The notes under the pieces: model-generated | Told to the model about the DNA's origin: nothing | What the model saw: only the letters and a program-made list of their open reading frames with translations | Database searches by the model: none | Virus record (IMG/VR): IMGVR_UViG_3300037504_000331 | Reading direction: 5' to 3' (one strand) | DNA: 64,000 bases | Source: an uncultured virus (IMG/VR IMGVR_UViG_3300037504_000331) | Taxonomy: Duplodnaviria; Heunggongvirae; Uroviricota; Caudoviricetes | Made by a program: the position numbers and the translations under genes | In this document: positions 7,500-15,907 of the stretch, one piece after another | Position numbering within the stretch: position 1 is the first letter of the stretch | Layout of the letters: each line of letters begins with the position of its first letter

Positions 7500-7797
7500 G
7501 ATGCCTAAGGTTGCCCAGAGATGCCCGGCGGGGAAGTTGCTCGGATGCCCAGAGATGCCCGGGCAACTTTGGGCAACCTTAACCCCTTGATTTTCCCAGA
7601 CATTTAGATGCAATTTTGAGGATGCCCAGGATGCCCGGGCAACTTCGCCGGGCAACCTTTGGAAAGTTGAGGAAAATCAAGGGGTTATATAGGTTGCCCG
7701 GATGCCCGCCCCCCGTCTCTGGGCAACCTGGGCAACCTTTCGGTTTGCCTACAGGTATGCCCGTATGCCCAGAGGGGAGCGCTATCGAATCGGGCAA
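7500..7797. repeat. about 20 short G(A/T)TGCCC / GGGCAAC iteron-like repeats in both orientations
   Basis: Direct reading; non-coding; interleaved with IHF-consensus sites. Confidence 0.7.
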
Positions 7798-8080
7798 GCT
7801 AGAACCGTGGCGATAGAGGGGAATACGTTAACAGACCGTGCGACGGGAGGGCCCGCGCCTTTGTTAACGAATCCCTAGGAATCCCGCCATGTTAACGCTA
7901 GGAAAAATTCGCTTAAAATCCACGCTAGCCCGGTCCCTCCCGTCTATGCCTCCCCTTGCCTGCCCTCCCGCTAGGTCTCCCGCTCCCCTTCCGCTCCCCT
8001 CCGGAATCGGGGGCCCGCCGCCCCATAGCTCTAGGGTCCGCCCCCGGGAGACGCATTGCCTCCCATATAACCCCTTGATT
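7580..8080. promoter_or_regulatory. three identical IHF-consensus sites AATCAAGGGGTTA (7580-7592 -, 7675-7687 +, 8068-8080 -)
   Basis: Match WATCAANNNNTTR. Confidence 0.6.
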
Positions 8081-8203
8081 TTCCCCGCTTGTTAACCTAT
8101 TGCCCGGGGCCCTCGGACCCCTCGAATCCAGGGCATTCCGCCCCCATACAGGGGCCAAATCGGGCAAAATTGAGCTAAATTTGAGGGGTCCGGGGCCCTC
8201 CCC

Positions 8204-8526
8204 GGGAGGGTTAATCGGGAGTTAACAAGGGCCCGCCCCCGGCATGCGTTAACTAATGAGTAACCCTAAGCGCGCGGCCTTGTTAACCATAGGGGAGGGG
8301 CCGTTAACAAATGAGTAACCATAACGCGCGCCCAAGAAACCTTAATCTTTTGTTAACCATGCCCGGGCGGCCCTCCCCGCTAGGGTTAATCGTCTGTTAA
8401 CGGGCCCCGCTTGCGTTAACTCCCGATTAACCCTCCCCCTCCCCATGCTCCCAGTATGGTTAACAAAGCGTTAACCTGCCCGCCTCGGCGGCCCCTCCCC
8501 GCCGTTAACCCTTTGTTAAGGTTAAC
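8204..8526. promoter_or_regulatory. dense CtrA-box array (6 perfect, 2 near-perfect, plus half-sites)
   Basis: TTAA-N7-TTAA at 8211, 8342, 8386, 8416, 8460, 8505; TTAA-N7-GTAAC at 8249, 8304. Confidence 0.8.
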
Positions 8527-8653
8527 AGCCTGCCTTTGTCTCAAATGCAATCTATTAAGGTTAACGCGAGGTATTTTAAGCGAATCCGATTTTTAACCAC
8601 CCCGGGGCGGGGTTCCCTCCCGCGCTAGAGCCGCCTAATTTTTGGAGAAACCT

Positions 8654-8964
8654 TAGACAGGAGGGCCCACGGGTATTCTAGTGCATTATTTTGTTAACGT
8701 ATCGCGCTATGAGGCGTAAACAGGAGGGTTCAAGGGTATCGGATCGCGTTTTCAGGTGAAAAATGGGCTCAAAATTTTGTTTTCGGTATTTTCGGGGGTC
8801 GATTTCCCCTTGTGCTCAGACAGGAGGGCCCATACGTTAACAAACCGTGGCCGTAGCCGGATTTTCGCCCTGATTTCCACGTGTCTCCTGAGCCCGTAAG
8901 GGCGATTGAGCGCACGCGAGCGATTTAGAAGGGTGTTGACAGGAGGGACCACGGGGCATATCAC
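8654..8964 (+). promoter_or_regulatory. four copies of the (TTG)ACAGGAGGGNCCA motif; the last is a sigma70-like promoter for the rightward genes
   Basis: Copies at 8654, 8717, 8817, 8936; TTGACA-17-TATCAC. Confidence 0.65.
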
Positions 8965-8985
8965 GGGGTTTCAAGGAGACGAGCG

Positions 8986-9291
8986 ATGGCGTTAGAGCCG
9001 ATGGACTGGGAATGGGTAGGCGATCTGAAGCACTACCGGAAGGTGATCGAGGGTAAGACCTGCCGGATCACGAAGCTACGGGGAGTGGAGACGGATTTCC
9101 CGTGGAAGGTCCACATCGACGGCCTGGGCTCGGTGAATATCGAGAACCAGGGCTTCGCACGGTCGATGAACGAAGCCAAGCGCATCGCTCGTGAGGCGGC
9201 CGAGGGCCGTCCGCGGAAGGGGATGGACAATCCCGAGTTCGCGAGGGCCCGTCGGCGCCATCAACGCCGTGTTCACAAACCACTCTGGTAG
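8986..9291 (+). CDS. hypothetical protein (101 aa)
   Basis: AGGAGACG RBS; first gene after the promoter. Confidence 0.75.
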   Translation: MALEPMDWEWVGDLKHYRKVIEGKTCRITKLRGVETDFPWKVHIDGLGSVNIENQGFARSMNEAKRIAREAAEGRPRKGMDNPEFARARRRHQRRVHKPLW

Positions 9292-9304
9292 GGAGACGAC
9301 AGGC

Positions 9305-9697
9305 ATGAAGGATATTCCGGATAGTGAATTTCGGATAGGGCGTATCATCGTCATCAGAAGTGGTTCCCGAGACCATGAATGCGCCGGCTACCGGATCGAG
9401 GAGACGACGGCGAAGCGGGTCTACGTCGGCGAGCTGGTGTGCGGCAGGGAGGCGATCTACCTGCCGGGCCAGGGCGGGCGCCGCAAGCCGAGTCGGCCCT
9501 ACGTGAGCAAGACCGATGTGCTGGCGGTCGTCGACACCGTGGAGAAGTTCAACGCGGTGCAGATGGCTTTGAACAGCTACACCCGCGAGATCGGCGAGAT
9601 CAACGCCGAGCGCTCTGAGCGGGCGCGTCGCGCGGGCAACCAGTTCGTCGACGAGCTGGACCGGATCGGCGTAGCGCACAACCGAAGCCGGCCCTGA
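9305..9697 (+). CDS. hypothetical protein (130 aa, MKDIPD...)
   Basis: GGGAGACGACAGGC-ATG. Confidence 0.7.
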   Translation: MKDIPDSEFRIGRIIVIRSGSRDHECAGYRIEETTAKRVYVGELVCGREAIYLPGQGGRRKPSRPYVSKTDVLAVVDTVEKFNAVQMALNSYTREIGEINAERSERARRAGNQFVDELDRIGVAHNRSRP

Positions 9698-9725
9698 CCA
9701 CCAAACCATAGGGAGACGACAGAAG

Positions 9726-10454
9726 ATGGCACGATCCACGATCATGGCCGCGGAGGCGGCCGACCAGCAGAACCAGGAGAACGAGCGCAAGCGTGTCGCG
9801 CGGGAAGAGGAGGAGATTCTGTACCGCGACGCCAACGGTCAGCCGTTCTCGATCTTCAAGGCCATGCACCAGCTCGTGCTCAACACCCTGGTGCCGTACC
9901 GCGAGCGCGCGTTGTTGGCGGAAGGGCGCTTGGAAAAAGCGCGAGAAGGCACCAAGCTGGCTATCAACGCCGTCAACGAGGACCACGAGCAGAAGTTCGA
10001 GGAGAAGTACGGCAAGCCGAACAACCGCGGCGGCCGGAACGGCTTCGTGATCTCGCCGATCAACATCAAGGACGTGGAGGTGGTGTGGGACAACGAGGCG
10101 GCGATCATCCGCTTCGGGGACCGGCGCATCGCTCCGCGGATCAAGGAGTGGCTGGACTGGCACCGCAACGTCCTGCCGGCGGAGACGGACGAGAATGTCG
10201 ACGTGCCGAGCGCGTGCCAGGATTTCTACCTGCGCAAGCGGCTCTCGAACGGCATGGTGGTCGGCCGAGGCGACAAGATCGTGATCCGCGTGAGCGACGA
10301 GCGGCGCGAGGTCATCATGCGGGTCGACCGCCTGAAGAAGCGCGAAGGCGAGGTCTGGGTCCAGGGCTCGGTCCCGAAGAGCAACCTCCCGCGATTCTCG
10401 AAGACGGCCATCGTTTCCGAGCGGCGCGTTCTGCGCTACGCTGATCCGGATTAG
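9726..10454 (+). CDS. hypothetical protein (242 aa)
   Basis: GGGAGACGAC RBS; strong codon bias. Confidence 0.8.
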   Translation: MARSTIMAAEAADQQNQENERKRVAREEEEILYRDANGQPFSIFKAMHQLVLNTLVPYRERALLAEGRLEKAREGTKLAINAVNEDHEQKFEEKYGKPNNRGGRNGFVISPINIKDVEVVWDNEAAIIRFGDRRIAPRIKEWLDWHRNVLPAETDENVDVPSACQDFYLRKRLSNGMVVGRGDKIVIRVSDERREVIMRVDRLKKREGEVWVQGSVPKSNLPRFSKTAIVSERRVLRYADPD

Positions 10455-10470
10455 GCCCTAGGAGACGACC

Positions 10471-10680
10471 GTGGCGCGTAAGTCTGAGAGCGGAGTGTCT
10501 GTGGACAACGTGGAGGACCTCATCGACCTGATGGGGTCTCAGGTCGCCGTGGCTGATGCCTACGGCGTGAGCCGGGCCCACGTGTGCCAGTCACTCCGCC
10601 GGGCTCGCGTCAAGAAGCGCCGGCAGGAGAAGGCCGACGAGGGCGGAGACGAGGAGCTGAGCCTTGAAGACATCTTGTGA
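10471..10680 (+). CDS. small HTH DNA-binding protein (69 aa)
   Basis: GSQVAVADAYGVSRAHVCQ HTH pattern. Confidence 0.65.
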   Translation: MARKSESGVSVDNVEDLIDLMGSQVAVADAYGVSRAHVCQSLRRARVKKRRQEKADEGGDEELSLEDIL

Positions 10681-10867
10681 CCCAGACCTGTTCGGTGCGC
10701 CGAGGCGGTTGTCGGACATCGAGGTGCGTAAGGTGGTGGATCACGGCCACAGCACACTTCACTACATCGTGAGCTACCGCGGCCGGCGGATCGACTCCTC
10801 GCTGAAACGCAAGGTGGCGCTGAGGCGGCGCCGAGACTTCTACGCGAAGGCGTGCAAAGCCAAGTGA
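10664..10867 (+). CDS. hypothetical protein (~67 aa)
   Basis: Coupled ORF with GAGGAG upstream. Confidence 0.55.
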   Translation: MKTSCDPDLFGAPRRLSDIEVRKVVDHGHSTLHYIVSYRGRRIDSSLKRKVALRRRRDFYAKACKAK

Positions 10868-10873
10868 GGCGTC

Positions 10874-10999
10874 ATGAAACAGGCGCTAGCCTGGGCCAGC
10901 GGATTGGGAGCAACGTGGTTCACGGAGCCGCTGCCTCAAGCCCTGCTTCTGGCCCTGGCTGCCGCCTGCGCCGCCTCGATCATCAACGACCGGTTCTAG
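10874..10999 (+). CDS. 41-aa hydrophobic peptide (MKQALAW...)
   Basis: GAGG RBS; fills the gap; below the track cutoff. Confidence 0.45.
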   Translation: MKQALAWASGLGATWFTEPLPQALLLALAAACAASIINDRF

Positions 11000-11010
11000 G
11001 GAGACGAACC

Positions 11011-11727
11011 ATGAGCGACTTTGGGTATGGCTGGATGATCGGCGGAGGGATCGTGCTCTTCTTCGTGTTCATCGCATACTGCGCCTTCATCCTGTCCGGC
11101 CGGATCGGCGACGACATGGACGGCGTGGGGGCGCACCGCCCGTTCGAGGGCTCGCCGTTCCTGCCGCCCGAGGACACCGACCGGCCGGAGCACGACGCCT
11201 TGGCCGACAAGATCGAGCGGGAGAAGTACGGGCAGTGTCCGGCCGAGACCCAACTGCCGCCTGCGCGCGAAAGCTCGGCGCAGAAGGCGGACATGGCCCA
11301 GGAGATCAAGGTCTACCGCCAGACCTTGGAGGCTCTCGCGCACTTTACGAGCGATCCATGGGCCGAGCACTTGGCGCGTAAGGTCTGGGACAAGCCCACG
11401 ACTGAAACGGCCGAGTTCGCTATCGCCCAGGCGCCGCGTATGAGCCCAGATCAGAAGAAGACCAAGCTGGTCGAGGCCAAGGGCAGCGCGCTTGTCGTGA
11501 AGGACGACAAGATCGGCCAGTACGTCTTGACGGTCGGCCAGCAGATCAAGTGGTTCGACCGGGGAGGTGGTTTCCAGCGCGGCCGGATCGAGAGCTTCTA
11601 CGAGAACGAGAACGCGGCCGATGATTCGGATCGCTGGTACGTCCGTGTCCTCGATGAGCGCACTGGCAAACCGAGGACCGTGCTCTCGAACCGCGTCCAG
11701 CCGCTCACGAAGGACCTGTGGACATGA
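11011..11727 (+). CDS. membrane-anchored protein (238 aa, MSDFGY...)
   Basis: GGGAGACGA RBS; N-terminal TM. Confidence 0.75.
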   Translation: MSDFGYGWMIGGGIVLFFVFIAYCAFILSGRIGDDMDGVGAHRPFEGSPFLPPEDTDRPEHDALADKIEREKYGQCPAETQLPPARESSAQKADMAQEIKVYRQTLEALAHFTSDPWAEHLARKVWDKPTTETAEFAIAQAPRMSPDQKKTKLVEAKGSALVVKDDKIGQYVLTVGQQIKWFDRGGGFQRGRIESFYENENAADDSDRWYVRVLDERTGKPRTVLSNRVQPLTKDLWT

Positions 11728-12059
11728 TGCGCCGGATAGAGGTCTGGACCGGCACGGAGCACGTGACCGTCCCGATGTTCTGCGTGCCGATGCCGCGGAC
11801 CTTCGAGAACCAGGGCTGGGTGAGGCACTACCGCCGGCTGCTCGAACTGCGGCAGTGGAACCGCAAGCTCTACAACGCCGTCGCCGAGCACCACCTGGGC
11901 GACCGAAGCCAGTTCCATCGGCCGCAGATCGGCCGGGGATGGCTGTACGGCAAGCGTCGCTACTGGCTCGTCTACCCGAACCGGGATCGGAAGGGCGCGA
12001 CCGGCGCCTTCCCGACCTTCATGGAAGCCTGCAACTGGTATCGAAACGGAGGCCGCTGA
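11718..12059 (+). CDS. hypothetical protein (~111 aa)
   Basis: Translationally coupled ORF. Confidence 0.7.
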   Translation: MDMMRRIEVWTGTEHVTVPMFCVPMPRTFENQGWVRHYRRLLELRQWNRKLYNAVAEHHLGDRSQFHRPQIGRGWLYGKRRYWLVYPNRDRKGATGAFPTFMEACNWYRNGGR

Positions 12060-12060
12060 G

Positions 12061-12681
12061 ATGTCCCAGAAACCCGGATACGGCTACACCACGGAGCGCG
12101 TTTGCGACGGCTCCTTCTCTTTCCAGATGGCCCCAGGCGACATCGACAACTGGAAAGACAGCGGCAACCGGCGAGTCGAGGTCCAGTTCGAGAACTACGA
12201 GCTGGCGCACGGCTTCATGACTTGGTTGAGGGACCATGGCGTTTCGGAGATCACGGAGAAGCCGCCGTATGCCAAGGTGCTCCCGACCTTCACCTTCGCG
12301 CCGGCCGACGTTCTCGCGGCCGTGAAGTTCCAGAACAGCGTCTACCACATCAGCTTCGGCAACGGGCAGGTCGCGGAGCAGTTCGAGCGGTTCTGCCAGG
12401 AGGCCGGCATCAACTTCGATGACAGCAGTGGGAACGTCGAGAACACCGTCTCGAAGCTGAAGGAGGAGCTTCAGGGCATTCGCCAGACCAACGAAAGCCT
12501 GAAGGAACACGCGGTTCGCCTGAAAGAAGAGCGTGACCGCGCCCGGGAAGAGAAGGAGCGGATGGAAGACGGGGTCGGTCGCCTGGAAGATCGAATCGAG
12601 GCGTTGCAAGAGGCGCTGACGGACGCAGCGGAGCGCGAATTGCGCCTTAAACGGCGTCTCGATACCCAATCAAGGGGATGA
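12061..12681 (+). CDS. coiled-coil protein (206 aa)
   Basis: GGAGG RBS; heptad-rich C-terminus. Confidence 0.75.
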   Translation: MSQKPGYGYTTERVCDGSFSFQMAPGDIDNWKDSGNRRVEVQFENYELAHGFMTWLRDHGVSEITEKPPYAKVLPTFTFAPADVLAAVKFQNSVYHISFGNGQVAEQFERFCQEAGINFDDSSGNVENTVSKLKEELQGIRQTNESLKEHAVRLKEERDRAREEKERMEDGVGRLEDRIEALQEALTDAAERELRLKRRLDTQSRG

Positions 12682-12690
12682 GAACACTCG

Positions 12691-12719
12691 TTGACAGGAG
12701 GGTCCAGTTACTTCAGATT
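12691..12719 (+). promoter_or_regulatory. TTGACAGGAGGG-class promoter
   Basis: TTGACAGGAGGGTCCAG. Confidence 0.6.
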
Positions 12720-12910
12720 CGGTTCTCTTGGACGAGGGCGTGGCGCCGGCCCCGCGTCCAGGTCGCCCCTCCCCGACCGCGGCTCCGTCGGGATGTCTGC
12801 GGTCTCAGGGGCGCAGAGGCACGGAGCTAAAGGTGTGGTCAGCCTTGCACCGACGGGTGTCTGAGGAGGCCCCCAGGCCGGCAACACTGAAACACGAAGG
12901 AGACGGACGG

Positions 12911-13345
12911 ATGCCTCGTAAGATGGAGTTCTTGGAAACCAGTGCTGTCGGTCTCGACGGCATCTTCAACACCTGTCGCCTGGGCCTGAAGTGGTTCGAG
13001 GCCGTCAGCGCCGGCACGCCGGTCGACCTTGTGGTGGTCGGCGAGGACGGCATGAAGCAGAAGTTCGGGCAGGCCACGGTCATCGGCAAGGTCTTTGGCC
13101 CGTACGAGGGCCTTGCGCCTCTGCATGCCGCTTACAACCATGCTGCCGCGCATGACGACATCAACGGCGCCGAAGACCCCGTGCAGCGGCTCGAAATCGC
13201 CATGATGCGGGCCTACGGCGACCGCTTCAAGCCGAGCGAAGGCGTGGCGTTCGTCTACATGATCCGCACCGACACCAACGAAGCCGGCCGCCACGAGGCT
13301 CCGCAGATCGTCGGCCATGATCCGGCCGCGGACAAGGACGACTAA
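12911..13345 (+). CDS. hypothetical protein (144 aa, MPRKME...)
   Basis: AAGGAGACGG RBS. Confidence 0.75.
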   Translation: MPRKMEFLETSAVGLDGIFNTCRLGLKWFEAVSAGTPVDLVVVGEDGMKQKFGQATVIGKVFGPYEGLAPLHAAYNHAAAHDDINGAEDPVQRLEIAMMRAYGDRFKPSEGVAFVYMIRTDTNEAGRHEAPQIVGHDPAADKDD

Positions 13346-13347
13346 CC

Positions 13348-13530
13348 GTGAAGCTGGTAGAGAAAAAGGAGGGCTTCTCGCGCGAGCAGGAGAGCTGGGC
13401 GCGTGAGGCCCTCCAAGCCGGCCGTCCCCGGCGTCAAGTCGTGGACGGTCTTGTGGCAGACGGTGTGCAGAAGGACACCGCCCTGCGTCTGACCCGCCGA
13501 GTACGGGATCAGATCAAGACGGGAGGCTAG
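13348..13530 (+). CDS. hypothetical protein (60 aa)
   Basis: In-operon ORF. Confidence 0.55.
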   Translation: MKLVEKKEGFSREQESWAREALQAGRPRRQVVDGLVADGVQKDTALRLTRRVRDQIKTGG

Positions 13531-13531
13531 G

Positions 13532-13975
13532 ATGGAAGCGCTTGAAGGTTTCGCTGCGGAATACGGCAGCGTGTTCCTGTGGATCGCCAGTACCGTTGTC
13601 GTACTGGGAGGCGTCGTTCTCTTCATGGCGATGTTCCTGGCGCTCGCAGAGCGGCGGGACCGGTTGAAGCGCTTCTCCCGGCCGCCGTGGATCGACAACC
13701 GCGTGTACCGCCACATCAAGAGCCGGCGGCTGTACCGGTTGCTCTACTCCAACGTCTATCTGGAAGCCGAGTATCCGGACACGCCGATGTGCCTGTACCA
13801 GAGCTTGGCGGACGGTACTCTCTGGACCCGACCGGCCAGGGAGTTCTTCGAGCCCGGACGATTCCGAGAGGTCGGTGAGTACAGCCTGCTCCTGGAAGAC
13901 GCCCTGCGTGACCCAGGTAAGCAGCCGTACGATACGCCGAAGCTCGACGATCTGTCGTTCCGAGGCATGGCTTAA
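13532..13975 (+). CDS. DUF1653-like protein with N-terminal TM
   Basis: YRHIKS..LY...YQSL.DG.LWTRPA.EF motif. Confidence 0.65.
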   Translation: MEALEGFAAEYGSVFLWIASTVVVLGGVVLFMAMFLALAERRDRLKRFSRPPWIDNRVYRHIKSRRLYRLLYSNVYLEAEYPDTPMCLYQSLADGTLWTRPAREFFEPGRFREVGEYSLLLEDALRDPGKQPYDTPKLDDLSFRGMA

Positions 13976-13995
13976 CCAATAGGGAGACGACCCTG

Positions 13996-15072
13996 ATGTT
14001 CCTGAAGATCATGAGTGACGAGGACTTGCCGGACGAGGACCCGCGGAAGAGCTACACCCTCTTCGAGAAGGTCGACGAGGTGAAGTTCGCCCGCGAATCC
14101 CGGGGCGGCGGAACCTTCGTGCAGTACATCGACGCCCACGGCACCCCTGTCGACCGACCGCTGTACGGCAATGCCTACGTGTTCAACGACATCGGCCACC
14201 TCATCAGCTCCTTCGGCGTCGCGAGCCCGTATGCGCCCGGCGAGGACGATGAACCTGAGCCGGAAGGCTACCACGTCGAGCCCGGCTGGCCCTTCGGCCC
14301 GAGCGGCGGCCCGATCCCGGGCGAGACCCCGCCGATCTGCACCGGCTACCACAATCTCGACGCTGCGCCATACCTCGGTATTAAGTCCGAGCCCGGTTTC
14401 ACCGACGATCTCTCGGAGCGGTTCGAGCTGCTCCGCATCCCCGACAGCGCCGACGTGGTCATCCGGGACAAGGTCACGGGCGAAGGCGCCATCCTGGCCG
14501 GTGAGGGTCAGACTGGTGAAGATGCACAAGGCCCCACCATCGACACGTTCGAGGCCCTTCAAGGCCAGCACATCCTCATGGCGGAGGCTTTCCACCTCGT
14601 CCAGAACGCCGGCCTGATCGTGCCGAAGGACGCCCTGGACGCCCGTCTAGATGGCGGCCGAGAGCGGCGTCAGAAGCAGATCGAGAGCTACAAGCAGCAG
14701 ATTCGCACCTTGGAGAACGACCGGCCGTTCCTGCTCGATCTGGTCTTGGGTGTTCCGGAATCCCACTTCGACTCGCTCGTCTCAGCGGCCGTGTTCTGCG
14801 CTGTCTCGGCGCGCGGACATGATCCGGTCCTGGTGCCGGAGACGATCAAGTCTACTGGTGGCCCGGATCGCATCGGTGACGCTCGTCTTTTCGAGCTGAT
14901 TGACGCGCTCAATGCTTACCTGAAGAAGGGCGACGTTCAGAGCCGCCAGGACCTCGCGATCTCCGCCATGCGGCTCTACGCCTGGGAGAACAAGGTCCGC
15001 TCGACGAGCGACGAGGGCTACCGGGCGATGGAGAACCTGCGCAACGTCGCCGACGCCGTGCTTACCGCTTGA
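13996..15072 (+). CDS. hypothetical protein (358 aa)
   Basis: GGGAGACGAC RBS; codon bias. Confidence 0.8.
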   Translation: MFLKIMSDEDLPDEDPRKSYTLFEKVDEVKFARESRGGGTFVQYIDAHGTPVDRPLYGNAYVFNDIGHLISSFGVASPYAPGEDDEPEPEGYHVEPGWPFGPSGGPIPGETPPICTGYHNLDAAPYLGIKSEPGFTDDLSERFELLRIPDSADVVIRDKVTGEGAILAGEGQTGEDAQGPTIDTFEALQGQHILMAEAFHLVQNAGLIVPKDALDARLDGGRERRQKQIESYKQQIRTLENDRPFLLDLVLGVPESHFDSLVSAAVFCAVSARGHDPVLVPETIKSTGGPDRIGDARLFELIDALNAYLKKGDVQSRQDLAISAMRLYAWENKVRSTSDEGYRAMENLRNVADAVLTA

Positions 15073-15121
15073 CTTGATGGCCCCTTAGCCTAAGCTGAGG
15101 GCGTCATCGTCGACTCCTCCG

Positions 15122-15156
15122 GGCCGGGTCTTGAGCGAGATGCTTGGGGCCCGGCC
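15122..15156 (+). ncRNA. 15-bp RNA hairpin with GAGAU pentaloop
   Basis: Full pairing needs four G-U pairs, so plus-strand RNA; follows TTGACT..TAAGCT promoter at ~15069. Confidence 0.55.
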
Positions 15157-15174
15157 TACTCTTGTCTGGGTGCG

Positions 15175-15315
15175 GAAATTAGAAGCCCCGCCCCCGGGAG
15201 ACGGACAGGGGCGGGGCTGGGAGACGACAGGCGATTGATGCCGACCGGATCGCCCGTACCAGGAGGCGCGCACTCCGGGTGCTTCATACCTACGCCGCCA
15301 TGTCAACCGTGTCAA
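15175..15315 (-). ncRNA. candidate antisense sRNA carrying two CGUCUCCC (anti-RBS) motifs
   Basis: Two minus-strand TTGACA (15301, 15310); 11-bp hairpin 15184-15218 followed by UCUAAUUU. Confidence 0.4.
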
Positions 15316-15655
15316 GCTCATGGTTAACGCTTGCTCGTTAAGACGGCCTCGGGTAGCTTCAACTCTGGGCACATCGAGAGGAGAAGCCCTGTGCTTTGGA
15401 GTTACCCGGTCAAGGTCGCATTGCAGGCTGTCTTCGACAGGCGGCCGACACGGCATTTTGCCCGGGGTTTCCTGGCATGCTACATGCTCGTCACCAGCAT
15501 CGAGATGATGCTGTGGGAGAGCTTGCTATCCGAATGCTGGTACGACACCGCGCTCTACGCGCTTGTCTGGCCGGTCTACAAAATCGCCGTGGCCTTGCGG
15601 ATCGAGATGATCCAAGACTGGGTCGTGGCGTTCACCTCTTGCGGAGGATAGGACG

Positions 15656-15904
15656 ATGATGATCTCTGCGACTGCGGCTCTTGACATCAGGTCGCCGATC
15701 CGTGACTTCGACATCAGCCTGACGGTGATGGACTCCGTGGACGAGATGGACGACTTCCGCTCTGCTGCTGTCGGCTGGAACCTTCCGCTGACGATGGAGA
15801 AGCAGGCGTGGAAGGACTTCTTGTTCATGTTCAATCGCGGTCAGGACTCGCTCTACGTCGGCGTCCTTGGCTTCTACGTGCGCTACCTGGGTGATCCGGA
15901 CTAA
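15656..15904 (+). CDS. hypothetical protein (82 aa)
   Basis: GGAGG/AGGA RBS; directly upstream of the terminase. Confidence 0.6.
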   Translation: MMISATAALDIRSPIRDFDISLTVMDSVDEMDDFRSAAVGWNLPLTMEKQAWKDFLFMFNRGQDSLYVGVLGFYVRYLGDPD

Positions 15905-15907
15905 GAC

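Noticed and set aside
7329..8964. Short ORFs in the control region
   Set aside because: Translations of the repeats (PG/CP-rich), without RBS or codon bias.
15331..15651. 106-aa ORF upstream of the terminase region
   Set aside because: Its start overlaps a promoter-like TTGCTC-17-TAGCTT and has no clear RBS; only a shorter 3' part might be coding.
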